64,000 bases of DNA from Cenarchaeum sp. (GTDB lineage: Archaea > Thermoproteota > Nitrososphaeria > Nitrososphaerales > Nitrosopumilaceae): the NCBI GenBank assembly GCA_965242695.1, contig CBDESU010000001.1:416001-480000 (forward strand), written 5' to 3'. Positions 41,801 through 48,745 of the stretch are shown piece after piece. Every line of letters begins with the position of its first letter. Within the stretch, counting starts at the first letter, position 1. Under the pieces are notes generated by a model. The model searched no databases and was not told the DNA's origin. It was given only the letters and a program-made list of their open reading frames with translations. Position numbers and translations under genes: made by a program.

Positions 41801-44800
41801 CCTGGCAGGCGGCGCCGGCGGCGGCCAGCCGTCGCCGACGACCCGCATTGCGATAACGGACCTGCAAAAGTCGGCGCTTGTCGGAGGCGGCTTCGGGGCG
41901 GCGGCCTTGGGGCAGGCGGCCCTCCTGTCTATTCCGGCAGGAGCCTTTTACGACATGGAGGGCAACGCCGCGCCCGCGGTGGACGGGGCGCCGCTGGCGG
42001 TTGCCCCCGATGCGGCAGGCCCGTCGTTCGACTCGCATGCGGCCCCGCCCGTCCTGGACCTGGAAAGGGGCATCCTCGAGGTGCGCTTTGACGAGCCGGT
42101 CGAGATCTCTTGGCCGGCAGCCAGCGGCGGCGTTCCTGCATCGGGGCCGCTCCCGAGGCTGGACATTGCAGTGTTCGACGGCTCGTCGGGAGGCGACGGG
42201 CGGCACCGCGTGCCGATTGCCGCGCCGCCGGCGGAGCTGCCGCAAGAGGGAGGCGCCGCCAGCAGAACGATCTCGATCTCGCTCGATCCGGGCCAGAGGG
42301 CCGCCCTGGCCGATGCAATCGACGCCTCTGCGCTGCTCGGCTTTGGGGCCGGCGCGGTCCTTGTCGCAGGCGACGGCCTTGTGCGCGACCTGTCCGGAAA
42401 CGGCCTTGCGGGATACGCCGCCGGCGCAGGGGGAACAGGCGGCACGGCGCTGGCCGTCGTGCCGGATGCCGCTCCGCCGGCCCTCGACCCGCGCCGCCCG
42501 CCCGTGCTGGACATGGGATCGGGCATGCTGACGGCGTGGTTTGACGAGTATGTAGTCCTGGCGGCCGGCCCTGCCGGCCCCGCCGCGCTGGAGATTGAGA
42601 TGAACGGAACCGGAACCGGAACCGGAACCGTCGGCGGATCCCTCTCCCTGGCCGGCGCCTCGGTGCAGGCGCCGCCCGCGGACGGATCCGAAGAGGTCGT
42701 CGTGCGTTTGACGCACGACCAAAAGGCGTGGCTGGCCGCCGCCGGCGCCGCCGGCCCCGATGCGCGGCCCGTCCTGCGCGTGGGCCCCGGCGCGGCCGCG
42801 GATCTGCACGGAAACCCGAACGCGGCCGCATCGGCGCCGGCCGTGCTCGTGCGACCCGATGCGGCCCCGCCGCGGCTAGAGGCCCCGCCCGTCCTGAACA
42901 CCGCCCTGGGGGACGTCCACTTTGATCTTGACGAGTTTGCAGACGCGCGGCGGGCCGCCCCTGAGGGGCTGGCGATCGAGAATGCGGACGGCTCGCAGCA
43001 CGTGCGCCTTGCGGGGGCCGGAGCCAGGGCCGTGCCGGCCGGGGCGGGGCTGCCTGCCGACTATTCGGATCGCATCGACGTCGAGCCGGCAGGCGCGCAG
43101 CTTGCCGCCATACTCGGGTACGCCTCGGCAGGCGGCCCGGCCGCGGTCCGGCTCAACATGTCCGGCGCCGCATTCGAGGACATGGCCGGCAACGCCATCG
43201 CGCCGCTTGCGCGCGCGCCGCTGACTGTAACCGACGACGCCGGCGGCCCCGATCTGCTGTCCGTGCGCGTCGACCTCGGCGACGGGGACGTATCCCTGTC
43301 GTTCAACGAGACCGTCGATGCCGCAGGCGCGATCCTCTCGCAGATGCGCCTTGGCCCGCCGGGCGGCGCAGGCGGCGGCATCTCCCTTGCCGGAGCGTCC
43401 CTGCTGCTGCCGCACGGCGTAGAGTCGGACAGGATCGAGCTGCAGCTGTCCGGCGCGCAAAAGGCCGCCGCCGCGGCGGCGCACGCCGCATCCGCCCCGG
43501 GAAGCGGCCTGGCCCTTGCCGCCCCGCCGGGCGCCGTCGACGACGCGTACGGCAACCATGCCGGACGCCTGAACGCCAGCGCGGCGGTCGAGCCAGACGC
43601 GACGCCGCCGGCGCTGCTGCCTGCCCATTCGGGCCGCGACGCGCCGCACCTCGACCTTGGCACCGGGGTGCTAACGCTCCGGTTCAGCGAGCATGTCGCC
43701 ACGGCGGCCATCGACCCGTCGGGCATATCCGTGCGCGGCGCCAGTGCGGCGGGCGACGCCAGCGGCGGCAGCGGCCTGGCGGTCAATCTCGCCGGCGCAT
43801 CCGTATCGCAGGCCCGCGAAGGGCCCTACTCGGACTCGATCTCGATAAGGATGGCGCCGGAGTCAAAGGCGGCAGCGGCTGCGTCCGTCGGCCCCCGCTC
43901 GCTTGCCGGCCTGCTCGACATCGGCGCGAACGCATCGGTTGCAGACCCGTCGTCGGTGGGCATGCTGCCCGTGTCCGGCGCGCCGCTGCTTGTGAGGCCC
44001 GACAGGTCGCCTCCCGTCGTCGATGCGGCCCGCTCGTACGTAGACCTGCGCGACGGCACGGTGGCGATCGCGTTTGACGAGTACGTCGAGGCGGTCGACA
44101 CGTCGAGGATGGCCGTCGGCGCGCAAGGCGCCGCCGATGCGGTCTCTTTGGGATCCTTGTCCGCCCCCGCGGCCCCGTCCGATACGGTGGTCGTGCGCAT
44201 GACGGCAGACCAGACGCTCGCAGTCGCATCTCTCCTCGAGGCCGCCTCGGCCGGCGGCGCAGAGGCGGAGGGGCGCGCCGTCCTGCACATCGGGCCGGGA
44301 GCGCTCGCCGACGCGTCCGGCAACCGGTTCGCCGGCACCCCCGCCGGCGCCGGCCTGGTCCCGGGCTCTACGCTGCCGCCGATATCCGTAATCGGCGCAT
44401 CCGTGACCGCGCCCGGCACCGTCGAGATCGAGTACTCGCACGCCGTAGAGTCCTCTCCAGAGGACTATGCGCTAGAGGTGGACGGCGAGCGGCGCACGAT
44501 CGCCGGCGTGTCCGGCTCGGGCGGCGCGGTGTACGCGGTATCATTCGAGCCGGCCGATGCCCGGCCGGATGCGGCCGGAACGGTCTCGATCGGCAGGCTG
44601 TCGGGCCCCGGCTACCTGTTTGGCGGCGCCGATGCCGCTGCGGTGTCCGACGGGCAGGCGCCGAGCGCGGTGTCCGCCGCCGCGGTCGGCGCCTCGGCCG
44701 TATCGCTGCACTTTGACGAGCCGGTCGCCGGCGTCGACGCGTCCGACTTGGCCGTAGCAGGGGTCGGCTCGAGGGCCGTCGAGATCGCCGGCGTGTCCGG

Positions 44801-47800
44801 CTCGGGCGCATCGCGGCTCGTCCTCGTCGGCGCGCCGGCGTTCGCAGGCGGCGCGTCGGGGACGATCGAGGTGCTCGCCGCCGGCGCGTTCGAGGACCTG
44901 GCCGGCAACGCCAACGGCGCGCCTGCGCGCATCGACGTACAACCGGCCTCCGTGTCCGTCCGCGCCGAGGGGCCGGCCCCGGTCGTCCTCACGGCCGACA
45001 CGGTGGTGCGCAACGTGACGGGCGCGGCGCCGCGCATCGACCTGTCGGCGGTCAACGGAACCTTCCCCGAGGCCGGCGACTTTGCGGTCGTGGTGCGGGG
45101 CGCCGGGGATGCCGCCCCGTCCGCCACGGTCGTCTTTCCGGCCGGGACGTCGGCCGTCTCGGGGCTGCCTGCCGACTCTGTGATTGAATTCTCGACGGTC
45201 GCCCGAGCCGTGCCCGACAGGGCCGTGATCGGCGGCGGCGAGATCGGCATCGTCGTCGAGCTTGGCCGCAACGGCACCGTCGTGTTCGACAGGCCCGTGC
45301 GGATAGTGCTGCCCGGGGCGGCCGGCCACGCCGCGTTCTGGATGGGCGCCGACGGCGCGGTCTCGCCGATCGGGCGGTGCGCCGGCGGCGTGCCGGATCC
45401 CGTGCCCGCCGGCGCCGCCGGGGAGGCGGAGGCGGCCGCCGCCGCAGAGGCGCACCTCGGCGGCAGCGGAGAGTGCGCCGCCGACACCGCATCGGGCGCC
45501 AAGGTGATCTACACGCACCACTTTACCGCGTTCGGGACGGTGGCGCCGCCCGCCGCCCGGGAGCCGCTGCCGCCGCTGGCCGGAGCGGCCGCCGGGGACG
45601 GGGACGGCGCGCCCGCGCCGCCGCCGGCGGGCGCATGCGCTGCCAACCTCACAGGGTGCTCGTTCGAGGCATACGATGCGCCCTCCGTCGGCGGCCTGCG
45701 CCCTGTCGGACCGGGCGCGGCGTTTGGCGGCATGCTGTACGCGGCGGGGCCGGCCTCGAACGCCCCGCTCGGCGAGTCCCTGTACGCGATCGACATGGGG
45801 CGCGGCGGACCCGGCGCCGTTGCCGCCTCGGTCTCGGAGATCGAGCTGCGGATATTCGACGGCATCGACGCCAGGGTGGACATACTCGGCGTGTGGGCCG
45901 GCGGCGGGGCGCCGGATCCGGCGGGCGCCGCATCGACTCCCCCGCTGCTTGCCGCCGCCGCGACGTACCAGATACCCGTCCAGGGGGCCGCCGCCGACGG
46001 AAGCCTGTCGCCGCCGGTGCCCGTACTGCTCGTCATCGACGCCGCCGCCGGATCCCTTGCGGGGCATATCGACCTGTCGTATGTCAACCACAGGGGCCTG
46101 CTCGCCTCGGCCGGCGTGCCGGCGCTGCTCGACGCCTATGCGGCCGCCGGCGCCGCGTACGTCGGGATGCCGCCCGACCCGGCAGCCGCGGCCGGCGACG
46201 GGGCGCCGCCGGCCACAGGCCCCATCCTGCTCGTAAACGTCTCGGATCCGTCGGCCCCCGCACTGGTGCCGATATACGACGACGATGCGGCATCGCCCCC
46301 GTCGCCGGCCGGATACTACTATCCGCGCGAGGGGTGGCAGCCGACGGCGATGGCCGCCCGCGGCACGGCCGTGTACATGGTCGGCGAGGCGTGGCGCCCG
46401 GCGGAAGGCGGCGCTGGCGCCGCCGCCGCCGGCCAGGGCACTGCCTCGCAGGGCCTGCACGGGCTGCACACGCTGTCGTTTGCGGCGGGGGGGACGGCCG
46501 GAGCCATAACGCCGCGCTACTCACTCGTCTCGAGCATTGCGGCGGCGGGCGAGCAGGGAACCGATGCCGATCCCTCGCAATACGCGGCGATCGGCATGGC
46601 CGTCGACCCTGTCCGCTCAAAGCTGTACGTCCTGTACGGGAACGGCACGATCTCGGTGTACGCACTCGATGCCGCCGACATGTCCATGCCGCCGGTGCCG
46701 TCGTTCCTGTACCACCTGGACGCGTCCGTGCGGGATCCGCGCGACCTGGCCCTTGACGCCGGGACGGGGGTGCTGTACGCGGCCGACGGCGGATCGGTGC
46801 GGGTCTACGATGCCGCCGCCGACATTCTTGTCGCGACGGTGGCCGATGCCGCCGCCGGAGCGGCCGGAGTCTCCAGCCTGGTGCTGGCCGGGCCGCCGCC
46901 CGGCGCCGCCGCCGCGACCGTGTACGCATTGCCGGCCGATCCGTCCGCCCCCGTGAGAATAGTGGGCATCCTCGGTGACATGGTCGGCGGAGGCGAAGGC
47001 GACGGCGCCGGCGAAGGCGGCGCGACCGATCGGCAGCCTGGGCCGCCCCCCGTCGTAGTCGCCGCGCCGCCCCCGGCGCCATCCGCGGGCCTGTTCTTTG
47101 GCGGAGGCGGCGGCGGAGGCGGCTCGGGCGGCGGCGGATCGGGACCGACCGGGCTGGCCGCCCGCCCTGATGCGGTCGTGGTCCGCTCCGTATCCTGGGA
47201 CTGCAATGACGGCACGATGCGGATAGTAGTGGCCAGCGCCGGCGAAGGCGGCGGGGCGGCGCCGGACGTGGCCGTGCTGTCGTCCGCCGGCGCAGCCGCG
47301 GCGCGCAATACGGGCGAAGCATCCGGCCAGGGACTGTTCACGTACGAGGCGCCGCTTCCAGGCGACGGCGTAGTCTCGATCAGGGCCGTGCTGGCCGACG
47401 GCCGCGCGGTGGCTACGGCGTCAAAGACGGTCCGCACGGACGGCCAGTGCGAAGGCGAGGTGGCGTTTGACGGAGGCCGCCTCCCTGCCGCCACCTCTGC
47501 CGAAGCGGCCTCTGCCGACGCCGCCTCTGCGCCGTCGGACGCATCCGGACTGTCGGGGGCGGATGCGCAGCCTGATGCCGATGCCGAGCCGCCCGCATCT
47601 CCGCGAACCGGCGGCGCCGCCTCTTCAGATCCTGATGCCGAGCCGGCCGCCGCGCCGGAATCGGAGGCTCCGCCGGGGCCCGCAGCGGCGGCATCTACGC
47701 CCGAGCCCGGGCCCCCAGCCGGCGAAGCCGCGCAGGCCGAGCCAGTGGCGCCGCGGCCCGATGCCGCCGCATCCTCAGAGGCGGCGGATCCGGCAGATGC

Positions 47801-48359
47801 GGCCGATGCGCCGCGGCCCGATGCCGCCGCATCCGGGCCCGAGGGCGGCGGCTGCCTGATCGCAACGGCGGCATACGGAACCGAGCTTGCGCCACAGGTG
47901 CAGGTGCTCCGCGAGGTGCGCGACGCGGCCGTCATGTCGGAGGGATTCGGCCCCGCATTCATGGCATCCTTCAACACCGCATACTATGCGGTCTCGCCGC
48001 AGGTGGCCGACCTGGAGCGCGAGCATCCCGCACTGCGCGATGCGATCCGAGCACTGATCGCGCCGATTCTGCACCTGGCAGGGCTGGCCGCGGCGCTGGG
48101 GCAGGGAGCCTTGGCGTACGCAGCCGCGGCGGCGGTGGCCGTTGCACTGTCCCTCTTGGCGGCCGCCCGCGCCGCCGGGCGCGCCGACGCCCCGCCCTCG
48201 CCAGCGCGTAGGCAGGGGTCCCTAGGGCGGGATGCCGACCGTGCGGCAGCCGACGGCGCGCACGCGGCACTGCTGGCGCCCGAGCGCACCTGTTCCAAGC
48301 CTGCCGGCAAGGCGCGGCAGGCACGAGGCCGGACGCCCCGGACCTTGGGGGGCGCCTGA
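32853..48359 (+). CDS. Giant surface protein 2 (5,168 aa): Cys-rich tip, ~28 Ig-like repeats, HF/T module, beta-propeller-like domain, CFI-box-CTERM anchor
   Basis: Repeat consensus P.LDL..G.L.L.FDE.V...L.GA...LT..QKAA...GAF.DL.GN; C-terminal GGGCLIATAAYGTELAPQVQVLREVRD...YYAVSPQVADLERE followed by a TM. Confidence 0.93.
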   Translation: MHEAISVSALRARQMPGSNSRCGGGRESERGRRGVNRGAARRRPAPAAALALAAVAVAAVAIALPAGGGDGAVCRTAPPICRTAAAVPPELCDAPAASHAPAPPAASEWLGRLAGDALGAVLPPAEAATCSRIADAYIFDGDKLVITYTRPVDIRYDHIRPSTDGTISRAHCTGGDNRAACYDVLAHHEACYVQTLRGPQLSGSGVASCNAVSERHPWGGREILSVQGNSTFDLVTIGTHIKFWEDYYYSDTGYRSTAHLTDGTTARFSAVRTGGDCFPAGTYTARDALPPSVDRTLEPTLDLAAGQLKFRSTEPLSGTALPGTIRIAGVTALDAASRVSVSRGTDVTVALTPGDHDLLNSRLARASTDTFKTVNLGLHDYSGNAFHTGRWWQTFAIVHDNAAPTLQYWWLDFNTGVLTLRFNEAVHWIYTPYVYLEDPRGGNRHSLASATAPSSLRTATVELTIPPSLLETLGDVHRGHKTAQHTGLRLDLLRGATADNLNNRFAGLLDREIGVTEDSVAPRIASGTAPALDMARHTLALTFDERIDVSESNAGRIKVANSTDHVYLQGGSVGGRDGRSVVVSFGSIVKAEIADLGTPLTVSLDAGAFKDMWGNGNAASQALAATVGRDWVRPGFNGASLDLETGDLAATFSEAVYVDRVYAVGYTLHVADQTAPQQKIRVNLRGADVVTDGRYADAVTLRLTAAQRAAVIGAGGPSPDVRITVGGWAFSDYPVGNHGWYFPLPGSQVAVSPDTGAPSNASVPLLDLANGTIRIQFDEHVDRSAFNASGMRAEAANGSSLSLAGAVPAAAWTGRTAVLDLPPPLAAAVRQAYGTGGQLLLTVPNTAFSDLSGNRFAGMARVDMVAVGETGPLLLVHGPRLDLGTGILEMGFDRAVLAPDTLAGVSIGGNGTSPVPLDGAGASLAGTPPSNLSIALTDAQKAGAAAAHRDGGYLTLHVPPTTFSDVHHHRFAGLQNAALQAEPDALPPALESAPAFNVAAGTVSMSFDEYVVLGTVAPGGIDVYNPHRETSLAGAAVSAQGAGGGGVLDAGVVVTLTPLQRALVYIAMHSDPNIYVRVSNSSIFDVSGNAFAGVDTGAPPGTGGNPGSPRAAADPGLPPPALRPGSEQAVPRGGGGDGGALPLPHLPGHKGPIGPAPPGEGTGGGAPMRSSHLSSTLVLNRGADSPVRLDLNTGILEVEFTSWAYLPLTNLTEAAIRAGGVNVTLEGAAVDTSHGLLGFFNETVVINLTAAQKAAVAAAGTEARLVAAVGSFADASRKLSLAMNEAIDITPDTTPPSLVRQGAGGPALDLGAGTVALAYDEHVAEPGGGFDAGLLAVDAGGERMRLDGAQGMDAVNETVTVSLAPDQKARLAAAVSAAAGMGAAATIDVAPGAAADVSGNAAPGAADVPLLVGGDTAAPMLASPPVLNLGTGMLVLDFDEYVAVGDVRPQDVAVADRNGGGSESPSSVASEGDGARILLAFLPAQSDALALSNATAGPLALTIAGSAGIADLSGNPFAGLSGANLTVVDDSTPPALLPGTIPQLDIGAGTVSMMFTEHIPADGIDLSGAAIEDVNGASRIPLAGAAVLPPSGPEVERRTIDDDTLRIVLTPAQRAAVALASLEAGPVRIDVPSSAIADAAGLRFAGLSNAPLGIAPDATPPEIPPGSPPVLDLSSGLLAVPFTEHVDAPGASILGAFLTASGASNAAAPSTIPLAGGAAIVVPAPPGSASLTVRLSAGQLAAVAAAGASSAVNLTVPAGAVSDLSGNPFAGLAGEPIAVVLDEAPPALASLPVIDLDDGTVLITFGEYVDAGAANATGISVAGPGGAGRPGDPHAGPAMVGLEGAAISVHPPPPYGRQGGQADLPASAAASLSILVTMTAEQKAAAAASAASEVSIDGHTASIHDMSGNRYGGIDRGRALVAPDETGPAPASASLDLGAGTLSISFDEHVHAGAAVDPAGLVVAVAPPAGQSAALPPPAAVRVGLDGAAASASENAVTVVLAGDQRAALQDAAGRAAGGAPAISLDIARGFAEDLAGNPMAAARGLAALLVPDRTPPGLAAAGIGPVLNLASGTLTLAFDEYIDAQGVRLHDVSIAGPDGQNRTALGGASLAGIADSGLVTVRLTPGQADAARSLNASAAGRPLVASAAAGAFQDLAGNPSPENLFSGAALSATGEAGRPGLAGMPVLDLANGTVRIAFDRAVEAPLASLRGIYVMGADRTGGATSLAGAEMYSAPGSSEIAVGLTGAQKASIARSYSLTGSEGATIDVSAAAGIADRWRNAFEGLAAEPMDVVPDGAPPGLSGAAVDLSAGTVRLDFDEFVAAGGADPSAVRMASSGGAPDIPLAGARILAAADGPSVLLGMTASQKAAAAAAHAAGSSLSILAGPGEVVSDLSGNAYAGAAGAQPAPADVAADAASPSLDARLGDPVLDLGSGVLTLAFDEHLAPGNAGGAVSLLPGAPGSAPVQLLPLPPSSGSGNRSGPSVESSTAAFQLSPVQKGSLLAGGAGAGAAAAQLVRLDMGPGALADLAGNPSAAALARPVQVVPDSAPPSLDPDLPPALDLGSGALRIAFDEPIDILSSDLSGLSLSASASEGGDAPEPVALSAAHLEPPYGWASSVTVLLTRDERGQLGAGVAAAAAAAGDGASPGVVLRIASGAFADMSGNGIEAAELAVEAAADADPPHLDRSAPPLLHTGASPPSLEFDFDEYVDVSGIDTSGIVLGAAGANLSVPLAGASAYAAQLGPGQQGDGYRVRIPLTDAQASAAASALAGGARLVVDAPEGAFADLAGNAFAGLGGHGVLASGDVAAPAMAASPHLHLGLHVLTLAFGEPVRLAADGLAGIELSGSNGSHRTSLDGALAPPGPSTALRIELGAAQAERAKSALRADGGLAISISAEAVQDLSYNHFAGLRDAHVDAILDARGPELVEAGRHAPSLDLAGGLLTVQFSEAVDAARYNLTGATISRAAGAGGGPPVDLGGATVLAGGAGGGQPSPTTRIAITDLQKSALVGGGFGAAALGQAALLSIPAGAFYDMEGNAAPAVDGAPLAVAPDAAGPSFDSHAAPPVLDLERGILEVRFDEPVEISWPAASGGVPASGPLPRLDIAVFDGSSGGDGRHRVPIAAPPAELPQEGGAASRTISISLDPGQRAALADAIDASALLGFGAGAVLVAGDGLVRDLSGNGLAGYAAGAGGTGGTALAVVPDAAPPALDPRRPPVLDMGSGMLTAWFDEYVVLAAGPAGPAALEIEMNGTGTGTGTVGGSLSLAGASVQAPPADGSEEVVVRLTHDQKAWLAAAGAAGPDARPVLRVGPGAAADLHGNPNAAASAPAVLVRPDAAPPRLEAPPVLNTALGDVHFDLDEFADARRAAPEGLAIENADGSQHVRLAGAGARAVPAGAGLPADYSDRIDVEPAGAQLAAILGYASAGGPAAVRLNMSGAAFEDMAGNAIAPLARAPLTVTDDAGGPDLLSVRVDLGDGDVSLSFNETVDAAGAILSQMRLGPPGGAGGGISLAGASLLLPHGVESDRIELQLSGAQKAAAAAAHAASAPGSGLALAAPPGAVDDAYGNHAGRLNASAAVEPDATPPALLPAHSGRDAPHLDLGTGVLTLRFSEHVATAAIDPSGISVRGASAAGDASGGSGLAVNLAGASVSQAREGPYSDSISIRMAPESKAAAAASVGPRSLAGLLDIGANASVADPSSVGMLPVSGAPLLVRPDRSPPVVDAARSYVDLRDGTVAIAFDEYVEAVDTSRMAVGAQGAADAVSLGSLSAPAAPSDTVVVRMTADQTLAVASLLEAASAGGAEAEGRAVLHIGPGALADASGNRFAGTPAGAGLVPGSTLPPISVIGASVTAPGTVEIEYSHAVESSPEDYALEVDGERRTIAGVSGSGGAVYAVSFEPADARPDAAGTVSIGRLSGPGYLFGGADAAAVSDGQAPSAVSAAAVGASAVSLHFDEPVAGVDASDLAVAGVGSRAVEIAGVSGSGASRLVLVGAPAFAGGASGTIEVLAAGAFEDLAGNANGAPARIDVQPASVSVRAEGPAPVVLTADTVVRNVTGAAPRIDLSAVNGTFPEAGDFAVVVRGAGDAAPSATVVFPAGTSAVSGLPADSVIEFSTVARAVPDRAVIGGGEIGIVVELGRNGTVVFDRPVRIVLPGAAGHAAFWMGADGAVSPIGRCAGGVPDPVPAGAAGEAEAAAAAEAHLGGSGECAADTASGAKVIYTHHFTAFGTVAPPAAREPLPPLAGAAAGDGDGAPAPPPAGACAANLTGCSFEAYDAPSVGGLRPVGPGAAFGGMLYAAGPASNAPLGESLYAIDMGRGGPGAVAASVSEIELRIFDGIDARVDILGVWAGGGAPDPAGAASTPPLLAAAATYQIPVQGAAADGSLSPPVPVLLVIDAAAGSLAGHIDLSYVNHRGLLASAGVPALLDAYAAAGAAYVGMPPDPAAAAGDGAPPATGPILLVNVSDPSAPALVPIYDDDAASPPSPAGYYYPREGWQPTAMAARGTAVYMVGEAWRPAEGGAGAAAAGQGTASQGLHGLHTLSFAAGGTAGAITPRYSLVSSIAAAGEQGTDADPSQYAAIGMAVDPVRSKLYVLYGNGTISVYALDAADMSMPPVPSFLYHLDASVRDPRDLALDAGTGVLYAADGGSVRVYDAAADILVATVADAAAGAAGVSSLVLAGPPPGAAAATVYALPADPSAPVRIVGILGDMVGGGEGDGAGEGGATDRQPGPPPVVVAAPPPAPSAGLFFGGGGGGGGSGGGGSGPTGLAARPDAVVVRSVSWDCNDGTMRIVVASAGEGGGAAPDVAVLSSAGAAAARNTGEASGQGLFTYEAPLPGDGVVSIRAVLADGRAVATASKTVRTDGQCEGEVAFDGGRLPAATSAEAASADAASAPSDASGLSGADAQPDADAEPPASPRTGGAASSDPDAEPAAAPESEAPPGPAAAASTPEPGPPAGEAAQAEPVAPRPDAAASSEAADPADAADAPRPDAAASGPEGGGCLIATAAYGTELAPQVQVLREVRDAAVMSEGFGPAFMASFNTAYYAVSPQVADLEREHPALRDAIRALIAPILHLAGLAAALGQGALAYAAAAAVAVALSLLAAARAAGRADAPPSPARRQGSLGRDADRAAADGAHAALLAPERTCSKPAGKARQARGRTPRTLGGA

Positions 48360-48745
48360 CCATGCTTGATCGGGCATGCGGTGCGGCCGATCCCATGCCG
48401 GTTCCGCCCCCACCCCTGCGCTCCTCCGGCGGCATGGCGTCCCTGTCGGGGCTGCCGTGCCGGGCATCGCCCGCCGCCTCCTCCTCGCATGGCCGTACGC
48501 GATCGACGCACCGGCATAATCGTACATCGACCACTGCGACGCCGCATGCCCCCGCAGTCCGCCTCGCAGCGGCGGGCCCCTCTTGCCGCGTCGGGCCTGG
48601 GCACCGCCGCATGACCGAGATGCCGCGACCCTTCCGCCGCATGCCGCCGGCAGGACTCGCCTGGCCTGCAAACGATCGCCATTTACACCGGGGGCCACAG
48701 CTAGGCGGCATTGGACGGGCGGAATGCGGCTGGACGTGATGCGGG

